A DNA stretch of 64,000 bases from NCBI GenBank assembly GCA_963850305.1, contig CAWKKR010000008.1, forward strand, positions 320,001-384,000, in the 5' to 3' direction. This DNA is from an uncultured delta proteobacterium (GTDB taxonomy: Bacteria; Myxococcota_A; Polyangia; Polyangiales; Polyangiaceae). Each line of letters opens with the position of its first letter. Within the stretch, counting starts at the first letter, position 1. Positions 33,123-42,884 of the stretch are shown piece by piece. The translations under genes and the position numbers were made by a program. The notes beneath the pieces were generated by a model. The model saw only the letters and a list, made by a program, of their open reading frames with translations, was not told the DNA's origin and did no database searches.

Positions 33123-34879
33123 CAAAAGGACCCTCCGATGACCAGCCCGCCACCGCTACCGAAGACAGCCGGGGCGGCCGCGATCCTGGGGCCTGGCGCG
33201 AGCGCTTTCTTCACCGCGACGCGGGTTCTTCTCGGCGGCGACACCGACGCTGTCGGGCGTGCGTTGAGGGGGTCGTCGAACTCCGTAGGCTTGTCGAGCT
33301 TCACGGACGACGGCGGCAGCGGATCGCGAACGAAGCTGTAAGCAGACAGCGCTGCCAGCCCGGCGCCGAGGACGAATCCGCAATCTGCACCAACCGCATA
33401 AATGCGCCCGCGCGAGATGCGGTTATCGTCCGAATCGAGGACGCCGTTCTGTCGGTCTGCATGCGCCTGGTCGTAGAGCTTGTTCGATTCGGTTCCGAAG
33501 TAGGCGCCCGCGCCGATGAATGCCGCACTGACGATCGCCTGCGTCCACGCAGCGCCGCGCGGAAACGTCGGGATGAGCTTGGCGTGCAGGGGCAACACCT
33601 GTCCGCGCGGCACGTCGACCATCGTCGACAAGGTCTTCCGCCCGGTGCCGTCCACCGTGAGCAGGTGTTTGCCGGCAGGCACCTGGACGTCGAGCGGCGG
33701 CGTGCCGCTTTGCCAGATCCCGCGCGGCTCCTGATCGATGCGTATCTTCGCGTCGGGCGCGTCCGAATCGATCCGCAGAATGCCGTAGTCGTCCCGTGCG
33801 AGCCGGACCTCGAGCTCTTTCTGCTCTCCGTGCTCGAGCTTCACCTTCGTGGCGAGGGGTTGAAAGCCTGGGATCTCCACGAGCACGTCGTGGTCCCCCG
33901 ATGGCACGAGCTCTCCGTAGGGAGTCGTACCCCATTCCGGTCGCGTCTTCTTCGGGTCGTCGATCCAGATGTGAGCGCCCGTAACGTTCGCGGAGACGCG
34001 CAAGAACGACATGAACGCGCCCTGCGACAGGTTCGCCTTGAACTGGAACACGTGGCCGGCGCTCACGTGTATGTCCGTCTCGCTGACGTTGAAGTCCCGG
34101 AACTTGTCGATCACGATATGGTAGCGCCCGACGGCAAGCGAGAGGCTCGTCGGCGACGTGGCCGTGGACACCAGTTTCCATCCGGCGTTGGCCCCGCTGT
34201 TCTGAAAAGCAGGGGTCGTCTCATCGGCGGCCAGATAGACTTTGAGCGGCGCCCCGGGGGGCTCGGTCTCGACGACGACCAGCGATCGCATCGCCTCCTC
34301 GGTCGCGGCGACTTGCGACGCAGAAGGAGGCTGCGGTGGCGGTGGCGGTGGCGGCTGAACGCCCGTCTGCCCGGAAGGGACGGGCGGTGGGGGTGGCGGC
34401 GCCTGTTCTGCCTCGAGCGTTGCGATGCGCGTCTTCACCGCGTCCGCGTCGGGCGCGTTGGGGTCGATTTTCAGGTAATCGCGATAACGCTCGAGAGCTT
34501 TATCGTTCTGACCGAGCTTCTGGTAGCAAACCCCTGCGTTGAACAAGAACGCCGAGTAAGGGTGCTCGGCGAAGCCGGCGTCGAACTCCGCGGCGGCCTC
34601 GGCAGCTTTCCCCCCCACGAAGAGACCCAGACCGGACTCCATGCGGCGACGGATCGCTTCGAGTTGCTGTGCGCCAGATTGATCCGCCGAGCTGACGGCA
34701 GGGAACGCGATCGCCAGCAGGATGCCAATCACGAGCAAGGCTGACCAAGAACGATTCGATGCTCCGGATTGCCGCACCCCGTCACCATGCCCTCGAACGG
34801 CGTCGGGCGACAAGTCCGACGCTACGCCGCCCGGAGACCGCGCCCTCCACGCCTTCGAGGCGCCCGCGCTTTTTCCCAA
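33122..34879 (-). CDS. TPR + PEGA domain protein
   Basis: FLFNAGVCYQKLGQ...ALERYRDYL TPR; VVETEPPGA and LRIDSDAPDAKIRID PEGA repeats; C-terminal GGLVIGGSF. Start uncertain. Confidence 0.85.
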   Translation of the reverse strand: MGKSAGASKAWRARSPGGVASDLSPDAVRGHGDGVRQSGASNRSWSALLVIGILLAIAFPAVSSADQSGAQQLEAIRRRMESGLGLFVGGKAAEAAAEFDAGFAEHPYSAFLFNAGVCYQKLGQNDKALERYRDYLKIDPNAPDADAVKTRIATLEAEQAPPPPPPVPSGQTGVQPPPPPPPQPPSASQVAATEEAMRSLVVVETEPPGAPLKVYLAADETTPAFQNSGANAGWKLVSTATSPTSLSLAVGRYHIVIDKFRDFNVSETDIHVSAGHVFQFKANLSQGAFMSFLRVSANVTGAHIWIDDPKKTRPEWGTTPYGELVPSGDHDVLVEIPGFQPLATKVKLEHGEQKELEVRLARDDYGILRIDSDAPDAKIRIDQEPRGIWQSGTPPLDVQVPAGKHLLTVDGTGRKTLSTMVDVPRGQVLPLHAKLIPTFPRGAAWTQAIVSAAFIGAGAYFGTESNKLYDQAHADRQNGVLDSDDNRISRGRIYAVGADCGFVLGAGLAALSAYSFVRDPLPPSSVKLDKPTEFDDPLNARPTASVSPPRRTRVAVKKALAPGPRIAAAPAVFGSGGGLVIGGSF

Positions 34880-34941
34880 TCAAGGCGGATCGTTCGCGCT
34901 GTAAGCTAGCGGTCGGGCCTAGCCGGGAAGGATTCCGCTCG

Positions 34942-35823
34942 ATGCGTGCTCGTGGTTCTTTCGCTTCGTGGACCGTCGTCGCTGCGGTGACGTGCGGGTC
35001 GATCGTCGCCAGAGCGGAGGAACCAGTGAAGCCGTATCCGGCGTGCGACCGCACCCCGACGGCAGGAGACGTCACGGCAGCGAAAGGGGCGTTCGACGCG
35101 GGGGACGGCTCGTTCAAGGAAGCCGACTACGACAGGGCCATCGAGTACTGGGAAGACGCGTTTCGCCGGGATTGCACGGCGCAACCCCTCCTCTTGAATC
35201 TGGCGCGCGCGTACGAACTGAACGAAGAGCGGCACCACGCCGTGACCGCACTCCAGACGTACCTCGATCGGAATCCGCAGGCGCAAGACCAGGGCCTGAT
35301 CCGGCGACGCATAGAGAAACTCGAGGAACAGATCCAGAGTGAAGCCGCAGCGCCCCCGCCCGCGCCTGCACCCGCTCCCGCGCCTGCACCCGCTCCCGCT
35401 CCATCGACATCGCCGGTGAAGCCGCCGGCGGCGACGAAGGAGTCCACGCCCGCGCCGGCCACCACGAAGCGCCCCATGGCGCCGCTCGTCCTCGCCGGGA
35501 GCGGCGCCGCCGTCGCCGTGGTGAGCAGCATCATCTTCTTCAAGGCGCGCTCCGACGTCAGTGACTACGAAGGCCAGTGCCCAGGAAGAGTGTGCCCAAC
35601 GGACAAACCCAATCTCCCGGCCGAGGCAAACTCCGCGCGAACCCGCGAAAACGTCTCGGGCGCGTTTGCGCTCGTCGGTATCGGCGCGATCGGCGGGGGT
35701 CTGGCCTGGTATTTCCTGTCGAAGCCGGTGGCGACATCGAGCACCGGCCGTAACCTCGGACCCGCGCTGACGCCGACGATCGGCTACGGATACGGTGGGC
35801 TGGACGTGTCCGGCACCTTCTGA
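34942..35823 (+). CDS. Secreted TPR protein
   Basis: Signal peptide; DYDRAIEYWEDAF, LLLNLARAYE; Pro-rich linker; C-terminal GLDVSGTF. Confidence 0.82.
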   Translation: MRARGSFASWTVVAAVTCGSIVARAEEPVKPYPACDRTPTAGDVTAAKGAFDAGDGSFKEADYDRAIEYWEDAFRRDCTAQPLLLNLARAYELNEERHHAVTALQTYLDRNPQAQDQGLIRRRIEKLEEQIQSEAAAPPPAPAPAPAPAPAPAPSTSPVKPPAATKESTPAPATTKRPMAPLVLAGSGAAVAVVSSIIFFKARSDVSDYEGQCPGRVCPTDKPNLPAEANSARTRENVSGAFALVGIGAIGGGLAWYFLSKPVATSSTGRNLGPALTPTIGYGYGGLDVSGTF

Positions 35824-36077
35824 TCGTCATCGCCGGTGGCACCAGGCTGTTTGCCCCAGGTGCTGGGCGCCGGGGTGGACGGTCCCTCGATGTCGTCCGG
35901 CGGCAAAGGAGCGGGGGTCGATGCTGAAGCCGGAGCCGGCGCGACCGTCGGCGCCGCCTGAGGCTCGGGTTCCACCGGGGGGGGCGTTTCGGAAGAAGAG
36001 CCACCGCAAGCCGACGTTCCCGCGACCGCCGCGACGACCGAAACGATGTTCAACGCTCGGTGAAAAATTCTGACCAA
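35784..36077 (-). CDS. Small Pro-rich lipoprotein
   Basis: IVSVVAAVAGTSAC-GGSSSETPPPVEP. TTG start uncertain. Confidence 0.5.
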   Translation of the reverse strand: MVRIFHRALNIVSVVAAVAGTSACGGSSSETPPPVEPEPQAAPTVAPAPASASTPAPLPPDDIEGPSTPAPSTWGKQPGATGDDDQKVPDTSSPPYP

Positions 36078-36263
36078 GTGGGGCCTGCCTTGCTCACTTA
36101 ATAACGCACGATATTCGAATCGGGTCCGACCGACACCGTTCTGACTCGCCACACTGACTGATGCGCGACGGAAAGTACTCTGCAAGTCGAGTTCTGCTAG
36201 CCTCGAGTTCCGTTTCGAACCCGGGCAGCCTTTTACCCCCTAGCCTCACGGAACCTTTTGCGC

Positions 36264-36935
36264 ATGTCATTCAACCGCGCCGTGCTTTTTTCAATTGGCC
36301 TGGGCAGCCTGATGGCTCTGATGTCCTGCAGCTCGAGCAAGAAGGACACCGGCGGAGCCGGCGGAGCCACCAGCTCGGATACCTGCGACCCCATCGATTA
36401 CACGCAGTACACCGCGACCGGAACGCCAGTCTCGTTCCAGAACGACGTCATGCCGATCTTCGGCGAGGACTGCACGGCGAGCCTGTGCCACAACGATCAC
36501 GACAAGGAAGCCGGCCTGGATCTGGGTACGCCGTGCCTGAGCGTCAGCGTCACGGGCGACGTCTGCACGTTCGCCACCGCGCCGAACCAGAGCCCGACCA
36601 ATCCCAACATCGTGCCCCTGACGACGGACCTCATCAAGACCGTGCACGACAGCCTGCTCTCCAAATCGGCCACGGTCGATTCCGCGGACGCGGCGCCCGG
36701 CGTGAAGCGCGTGGCCCCCGGCGATCCGAAAGACAGCTTCATTATGCAGAAGCTCTCGGATACCGAGAACGATCAAGGCTACTCGTGCACGAACCAGGAC
36801 GACTCGCACGAGGAGAATCCAGGGCCGTGCGGTGAGTTCATGCCTCAAGGTGGCGTTCCCCTGTGCGCCGGCAAGTCGCGTCCCAAGTTCGACACGATCG
36901 CGAACTGGATCGCGCAGGGCGCATTGAACAATTGA
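36264..36935 (+). CDS. Lipoprotein with a cytochrome c-like domain (CX4CH)
   Basis: LMALMSC lipobox; VSFQNDVMPIFGEDCTASLCH, VAPGDPKDSFIMQKL, MP, IANWIAQGA. Confidence 0.78.
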   Translation: MSFNRAVLFSIGLGSLMALMSCSSSKKDTGGAGGATSSDTCDPIDYTQYTATGTPVSFQNDVMPIFGEDCTASLCHNDHDKEAGLDLGTPCLSVSVTGDVCTFATAPNQSPTNPNIVPLTTDLIKTVHDSLLSKSATVDSADAAPGVKRVAPGDPKDSFIMQKLSDTENDQGYSCTNQDDSHEENPGPCGEFMPQGGVPLCAGKSRPKFDTIANWIAQGALNN

Positions 36936-36971
36936 TTTTCGGGAGGGCGCGGCGCACCCTGCCCTGACGTC

Positions 36972-37577
36972 GTGATCGGCCGCCTCACGGGAAAGATCGT
37001 GTCCGAGGAGGCGGACGGCGGCCTCGTCATCGACGTCGGGGGCGTCGGTTACGAGGTCCGGGCCCCACTCGGCACATCCGGACGCGCCGCGGCCGGCACC
37101 GACGGTCGCGTGCAGCTCTTCACGCACCTCCACGTGCGCGAGGACTTGCTGGATCTCTACGCCTTCGCGTCCGAGGTCGAGCGACGCGTGTTCAAGCTGC
37201 TCATCGACGTCCCCAACGTGGGGCCGAAGACGGCGCTCGGGGTCCTGTCCGCGCTGCCCCCGAAGGAGCTCGCCGCAGCCGTGGAATCGAAAGACGTGGC
37301 CCGGCTCACCCGCATCGACGGCGTGGGGAAGAAAACGGCTGAACGGCTGGTCCTCGAGCTGCGCGAACGTCTCCAGAAGGTTTCCGATCTGACGGTTCCT
37401 GGGCGCCCGGCGGCCGGCCCTACCGGCAACGACGAGGGGCGCCTGATCGGGGCTCTCACCAACATGGGCTACCGGCTACCCGACGCCCAGCGAGCGGTTC
37501 GCGCGCTGGGCGATCGCGTGGGTCAAGAAGCACTCGGGGATTTATTGAAGGACGCACTCGCAAGCCTGACCCCCTGA
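36972..37577 (+). CDS. ruvA: Holliday junction branch migration protein RuvA
   Basis: MIGRLTG, DVGGVGYEV, HVRED, VGPKTAL, GVGKKTAERLVLEL, ALTNMGY. Confidence 0.98.
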   Translation: MIGRLTGKIVSEEADGGLVIDVGGVGYEVRAPLGTSGRAAAGTDGRVQLFTHLHVREDLLDLYAFASEVERRVFKLLIDVPNVGPKTALGVLSALPPKELAAAVESKDVARLTRIDGVGKKTAERLVLELRERLQKVSDLTVPGRPAAGPTGNDEGRLIGALTNMGYRLPDAQRAVRALGDRVGQEALGDLLKDALASLTP

Positions 37578-37758
37578 AGCGCGCGGGTCGGGAGGAAACT
37601 GGGGCGGCACTCGTGGGGCGATCGCGGCCGAGCGACGAACCGGATTGATTCCTGAGCGGAGACGTAGACAATCTCGGAGGTTACAGGGCAGAGTAGTCGG
37701 GGCCGGCGCTCCCGATTCGGGGCGCGCGAGAGCGCCGTTTCTCACTCGGAGGCGATCT

Positions 37759-38826
37759 GTGATCACGTGTAACAAGTGCGGCAAGGACAACCAGGACCAC
37801 TACAAGTTCTGCCTCGGATGTGGTGCTGAGCTGCCGCGCGCGAGCCACGCGCCGAAGCCGTTCGCGGCCAACACGCCGCCGCAAGGAGTGCAGCCCGTGC
37901 GTCCCGCGGCCGCGCCACCCGCCGCTGCTGCGCCGCCGGTGGCGGGTATCCCGCGTCCAGCAACCGCGGCACCCGTCGCGGCGCCAGCACCCGTCGCGGC
38001 ACAGCCGGTCGCGCCGCCAGCGTCCGTCGCGGCTCCCGCGGGCGGCGTGGAGATCACCTGCCCGCAATGCGGTCATCCGAATCCGCAGTCGAACCGATTC
38101 TGCGCGGCGTGCGGCTACAACCTGGCCGCGCTCCAGGGAGGAATGCCGGTTCGTTCTCAGCCGGCGCCCGTCGCCGCGGCGCCGGCCGCGTCGCGCGTCG
38201 TGCTCACGGCGCTCCGCGCGGACGGCACGGAAGCGGGCACATTCCCGCTCCCCGACGCTCCGATGGTCACGGTCGGCCGCGACACCGGGTCCATCTTTGC
38301 CGGGGATAGCTACCTGTCTCCGCGCCACGGCACCTTCGTTCGCCAGGGCGCGCAGTTCTCGATCCGCGACGAGAACTCGCTCAACGGCGTCTATCTCAAG
38401 CTCCAGCCGAACGCGCCGTGGCCGCTCCAGTATCAGGACGTCTTCCGCATCGGTCAGGAGATCATCCGGTTCGAGGCGCTTTCGGGACAGGGCCCGAGCC
38501 CGGACGGCGTCGAGCGACTCGGGAGTCCGGCGCGCGGATACATCGGGCGCATCGCGCTCGTCGTCGGTCGGGACACGACCGGCAACGCCTTCCCGGTGCC
38601 GGAAACGGGGATTCACCTCGGCCGCGAGCGGGGTGACGTGCTTTTCTCCGAGGATGGCTACGTGTCCGGTCTGCATTGTCGCGTCGCCCGCGAACAGGAC
38701 GGGAACGTGTATCTGACCGACGTCGGCAGCTCGAACGGCACGTTCGTTCGATTGCAGGCGGAGCATGCTCTCATGCCGGGCGACGTCCTGTTGATGGGGC
38801 AGCAGCTGTTCCGCGTCGACATGTGA
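37759..38826 (+). CDS. Protein with two zinc ribbons and two FHA domains
   Basis: CNKCG..FCLGCG and CPQCG..FCAACG; VGR..LSPRH..SLNG and LGR..VSGLH..SSNGT. Confidence 0.9.
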   Translation: MITCNKCGKDNQDHYKFCLGCGAELPRASHAPKPFAANTPPQGVQPVRPAAAPPAAAAPPVAGIPRPATAAPVAAPAPVAAQPVAPPASVAAPAGGVEITCPQCGHPNPQSNRFCAACGYNLAALQGGMPVRSQPAPVAAAPAASRVVLTALRADGTEAGTFPLPDAPMVTVGRDTGSIFAGDSYLSPRHGTFVRQGAQFSIRDENSLNGVYLKLQPNAPWPLQYQDVFRIGQEIIRFEALSGQGPSPDGVERLGSPARGYIGRIALVVGRDTTGNAFPVPETGIHLGRERGDVLFSEDGYVSGLHCRVAREQDGNVYLTDVGSSNGTFVRLQAEHALMPGDVLLMGQQLFRVDM

Positions 38827-38839
38827 CGCCATCCGGAGC

Positions 38840-39247
38840 ATGTCCGAGCCGCGCTCGACTCGACTCATCCGCGTCGTGGCCGCCGTGGTCGCCCGTGACG
38901 GTCGTTATCTGATCACGCAACGCCGCGCAACGGCCGTACTGCCGCTGATGTGGGAGTTCCCGGGCGGTCGCGTGGAGCCGGAAGAGTCGGACGCGGACGC
39001 GCTCCGGCGAGAGGTCATGCACCGGCTCGGAGTAACGGTGAACGTGGGGACCCTGATCAGCTTCGTGAGCCATCCGTACGAGCGATACACGGTGGACCTG
39101 CACCTCTACGAATGCTCCATCGTCGCCGGCGAGCCCATCGAGCAAAACGTCCTCGCCTACCGCTGGGTCACGAGTAGCGAGTTTGACCGGTATCCGTTCA
39201 CGCCGGCCGATGAGGCGTCCATGAGCCAGCTCCTCGGCGTCGAATAG
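38840..39247 (+). CDS. MutT/NUDIX hydrolase
   Basis: WEFPGGRVEPEESDADALRREV; FTPAD. Confidence 0.92.
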   Translation: MSEPRSTRLIRVVAAVVARDGRYLITQRRATAVLPLMWEFPGGRVEPEESDADALRREVMHRLGVTVNVGTLISFVSHPYERYTVDLHLYECSIVAGEPIEQNVLAYRWVTSSEFDRYPFTPADEASMSQLLGVE

Positions 39248-39284
39248 TCGCGAACCGAGCGGCGGCCCTGGCCGAAGCGGGATC

Positions 39285-39932
39285 GTGCCCCTCGCGTCGT
39301 GGCTCCTCGGTCGGGCGCACCAGATCGGCGGCTTGCTCGCGCCGCCTCGGTGCATCGCCTGCGACGCCTGGCTCGACAGAGACGTCGCCTTCTGCGATGC
39401 CTGCGCGCCGGGGTCCGACCTCGTTCGAGATCGCTTGCCGAACTGCCTGGACGTCATCGCGAGCGCCCGGTACGAGGCGGGCATCGCGGACGCGATCCGG
39501 AGACTGAAATACGGGGGTCGCCCCGACATCGCCCGTGCGCTGGGGCGACGCATGGCTCGCGCCGTACAGCAGGCGAACGTCGGAGGGCCCCTGGTGCTGG
39601 TCCCGGTGCCGCTTCATCCGAAGCGTCTCGCGGAGCGATCGTACGACCAGGCGGCGCTTCTGGCCGTCTGCGCCGCGAAGTGCCTTCGTTGGCCGGTGGA
39701 GGTGCGCGCCCTTCGTCGGATCCGCGAGACACGTGAGCAAGCATCTCTGTCGCGAGGCGAGCGCGTCGAAAACGCGAGCGGCGCGTTCGCGACGAACGGG
39801 GACAGGCCGCGGCACGTGCTCCTCGTCGACGACGTGGTCACAACGGGCGAGACCGCAAGGGCGTGCGCGAGTGCGCTGGAAGCGGAAGGTTCGAGCGTCG
39901 TCGCCGTCCTGGCCGTTGCCCACACGCCCTGA
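39285..39932 (+). CDS. comF: ComF-family phosphoribosyltransferase-like protein
   Basis: CIAC..FCDAC, LKYGG, VPVPLH..RLAERSYDQA, LLVDDVVTTG. Confidence 0.92.
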   Translation: MPLASWLLGRAHQIGGLLAPPRCIACDAWLDRDVAFCDACAPGSDLVRDRLPNCLDVIASARYEAGIADAIRRLKYGGRPDIARALGRRMARAVQQANVGGPLVLVPVPLHPKRLAERSYDQAALLAVCAAKCLRWPVEVRALRRIRETREQASLSRGERVENASGAFATNGDRPRHVLLVDDVVTTGETARACASALEAEGSSVVAVLAVAHTP

Positions 39933-40043
39933 CAAAACCGTTATCTAAGTCCCCACGGTCGTTGCCCCCAGCGGAACAACGTGGAAAAAATGTGAGGATC
40001 TCAGAACCCGGCGCGAACGCGTGCGCACGAAAGGAGCGACGGA

Positions 40044-41987
40044 TTGAGCGACAGGGTCGAGTGGCGTTGGGTCGATGTCGGCGGCGTGCAATACGCCGTT
40101 CGATTCGACGAGCTCGCGGACGCGCTCGCGTCCGAGGCGCTCCCGCCTTTCGTCCTCGTGTGGCGAACCGGATGGCGAGAATGGCACCGCGCCTCGAGTG
40201 TACCGGAGCTCCGGATCGCCATGGCGGAAGCGTCGGAGCCCGCGGCGCCGATCGTCGAACATGCGGACGCCGGCGTGCCGCCCGCGCCGCCGCTCGAGAG
40301 GTACGCCGCAGTTTCCGCGGGGCCGGACACGACGCTCTACCAGCCGAAGCGCAACGATCCGCCCCCCACTGTCCCACCGGCGCGCCCCGATTGTCCTGCG
40401 CCTCCGCGGCCAGCGGCTGCCGGAATTCCGCCACCGCCGGCCTTCATGACCGGGCCCATCCCGATCCGCGACGTGATGCCGACGCTGGCGGGCGAAGAGC
40501 ACCCGGTCCATAGCCCGACGCTCCGTCCGGCAGGCGCGACGCCACCGCCGCCGCGCACGATGCCCCAATCGAAAGTTCCATTGTTCGAGGACGTCGCGAT
40601 CTTCGAGGCAGAACCGGTCGAAGAAGAAGCCGTCGAGGTCCTCGCACCGGCCGCTCATGCTCCGCCGCAACTGCCACCGCAATTGCCGCCGCAACCGAGC
40701 GTGGCCGAGCCGCCGCGGTTCCCCGAGCCGTCCAGCCCTCCCGTGGGTCCGCCCGCTCGCGTGGCGGTTCCGCAGGGACCGAAGGTCGCCGCGCGAACAG
40801 GGGGGCTGTCGCGCAACGCTCTCACCACGCTGACGTCGGCGGGCCTCGTGCTCCCGGGCACTTTGCTGATCGCGTTCGCACTCTTGCATCCGAGAAAACA
40901 CCCGACCCGAGCGGCGGCCGTGGCGTCCGCGTCTCCGGCTCGGACCGCCTCTGTTGCGAGCGCCGCCGCGCCGCCTTCGGTGCCCCCTCCCCCTCTCTCG
41001 ACCGGCTGCACCATCGCGAAGAGCGCGCAGCGGCTCGCTGACACGGCCTACATCGGCGTGCCGATCCTCTTTGCGCCCGTCCCCACGGAGGGGCAGCGCG
41101 TCGCCGTCGGTTTCGCCGCCGCGAAGGACCACGCAACCGGCATCACGATCGACTCGACGACGCTCGCCGTTACGCCCGCGTTCGACGAGAGCGTGCCGGA
41201 TTCGACGACCCTTGGCGTCGTGCCGCTGGTGCTGGGCGACAAGCTCCGGTTCGCGGTGGATTGCGCGACCGACAAACTTGCCTCCGCGAGGACGATTGAC
41301 GCGAAGACCCGCTTCGCAATCGGGGTGTCGAAGTTCGGGTTCGCGATGCTCGCGGGCGACACCGCGTCCGTCATCTGGCCGGGCAAGTCGAAGAATCCGA
41401 CGATCACGACGCCCCGGGTCGCGACGATCGAAGGCGCGGGGGACGCCGTCACCTTCCGGCACGGCGGCCAGGAGGGCAAGGTACTCCTCGGCTGGTTACG
41501 GGAGAACGGTGCCAAGTGGACGGAGCTCAAAGCGGTCACCACCGATGCGGCGCTCGTCGGCACGCCGACCGTGTCCGCGGGAGAAGACGGCGTGCTCGTC
41601 TCGTTCGCGGCCAAGGCGACGCCGGACAGCGCCTGGCGCGTCGAGCTCGCGCGCGCGAACCTCGGCGGTGAACCGGAACCCTCGACGGTGTTCGCCCTGC
41701 CCCCCGGAGGTCCGGGTGAGGAGGCCATCGCACCGTCCGCGGCGGGTCTGTCGCACGGCCGGTACCTGCTGCAATGGACGGAAGGGTCGTCGGGCAACCG
41801 CGCGATCCGCGCCCAGGTACTCGGCCCGGATCTGAAACCGATGGGAGACGTCCTCACGCTCTCGGCGCCGGAGCACAACGCGGGTCAGGGCGCCCTTTAC
41901 GTCCACGGCGAGACCGCGCTCGCACTCTTTTTCGTGCAGACCGCTTCCACGCATGAGATTTGGGGAGCATCGCTGAAATGCCCATGA
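40044..41987 (+). CDS. GYF-like N-terminal domain + Pro-rich linker + TM + extracytoplasmic beta domain
   Basis: WRWVD...LVWRTGWREW..ASSVPEL; one TM segment; long ORF. Confidence 0.75.
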   Translation: MSDRVEWRWVDVGGVQYAVRFDELADALASEALPPFVLVWRTGWREWHRASSVPELRIAMAEASEPAAPIVEHADAGVPPAPPLERYAAVSAGPDTTLYQPKRNDPPPTVPPARPDCPAPPRPAAAGIPPPPAFMTGPIPIRDVMPTLAGEEHPVHSPTLRPAGATPPPPRTMPQSKVPLFEDVAIFEAEPVEEEAVEVLAPAAHAPPQLPPQLPPQPSVAEPPRFPEPSSPPVGPPARVAVPQGPKVAARTGGLSRNALTTLTSAGLVLPGTLLIAFALLHPRKHPTRAAAVASASPARTASVASAAAPPSVPPPPLSTGCTIAKSAQRLADTAYIGVPILFAPVPTEGQRVAVGFAAAKDHATGITIDSTTLAVTPAFDESVPDSTTLGVVPLVLGDKLRFAVDCATDKLASARTIDAKTRFAIGVSKFGFAMLAGDTASVIWPGKSKNPTITTPRVATIEGAGDAVTFRHGGQEGKVLLGWLRENGAKWTELKAVTTDAALVGTPTVSAGEDGVLVSFAAKATPDSAWRVELARANLGGEPEPSTVFALPPGGPGEEAIAPSAAGLSHGRYLLQWTEGSSGNRAIRAQVLGPDLKPMGDVLTLSAPEHNAGQGALYVHGETALALFFVQTASTHEIWGASLKCP

Positions 41988-42877
41988 AAAATCCGAACCG
42001 CCCCGCCCATTCCTCGCGACTCCGCAGTCTCGCTCGATCGTCGCTCCCCGCGTTCTGCGTCGCGGCCGCCCTCACGACGTCGGGCTGTCTCTTCGGGAGC
42101 CCCGGGCCGTCCAACGTCTCGCAGGGCGAACAGTATTCGTCGGGAGATGCAACCTTCGACCAGTTCTTCAGCCAGTTATTTTTGGTGCAACTCAAAATGG
42201 GCGAGGCGCCCGCGCGACAGAGCGCGATCCGCGCCCGGCTCGCCAGGGCCGGCGGCGTCGACGCCGCGGCGAGCACGAACGACATCTCCGCCGCGATCGA
42301 GACGCGCGACGCGAAGATCGCGATGTCCGGCGTCAAGTCCAAGATCGCGGCGACCGGCCTCGACGGAACGGGCCCCGCGACGGCGACCGTCGTCACGACG
42401 GGCAGCGGCGCGAGCGCCGACGACACCGAGTTTCTGGCCACACTCGACGCCTGCGTGAAGGACGAGGCCGCTCTTCTGTCGGATCTGCGAGCCAGCAAGC
42501 CGTCGATGGACGCCCTCGGCGCACAGGCGGCGACCCTGGAGCCCGGCATTGGCGCCACCTTCTACAAGGGCGGTGCGCCCAAGAAGGCCGAGGTGAGAAA
42601 GAACCTCGAGGACGCCGAGAAACTCATCCCGCTGATGGATACGCGCGACGATCAGGTCGCCGGGGACATCGTCGACATCCTGAAGAAGCTCGAGCACGCG
42701 CTGGGCACGACGACGCCTGCGCCAGTGCCGGAACCGACGGCCGCGCCCGAGCCCGCGAAGCCAGCCAGGAAATCTTCGTCATCGCACCCGTCCACGACGA
42801 GGACGACCGAGGCGCCAGCGCCGAAGCCTGCCGCCGAGAAGCCGCCGCCAGCGGCCTCCGACGGCTTCCAGCCTTGA
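41984..42877 (+). CDS. Hypothetical lipoprotein
   Basis: ALTTSGC lipobox; ATGA overlap with the upstream gene. Confidence 0.75.
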   Translation: MKNPNRPAHSSRLRSLARSSLPAFCVAAALTTSGCLFGSPGPSNVSQGEQYSSGDATFDQFFSQLFLVQLKMGEAPARQSAIRARLARAGGVDAAASTNDISAAIETRDAKIAMSGVKSKIAATGLDGTGPATATVVTTGSGASADDTEFLATLDACVKDEAALLSDLRASKPSMDALGAQAATLEPGIGATFYKGGAPKKAEVRKNLEDAEKLIPLMDTRDDQVAGDIVDILKKLEHALGTTTPAPVPEPTAAPEPAKPARKSSSSHPSTTRTTEAPAPKPAAEKPPPAASDGFQP

Positions 42878-42884
42878 TCGGGAT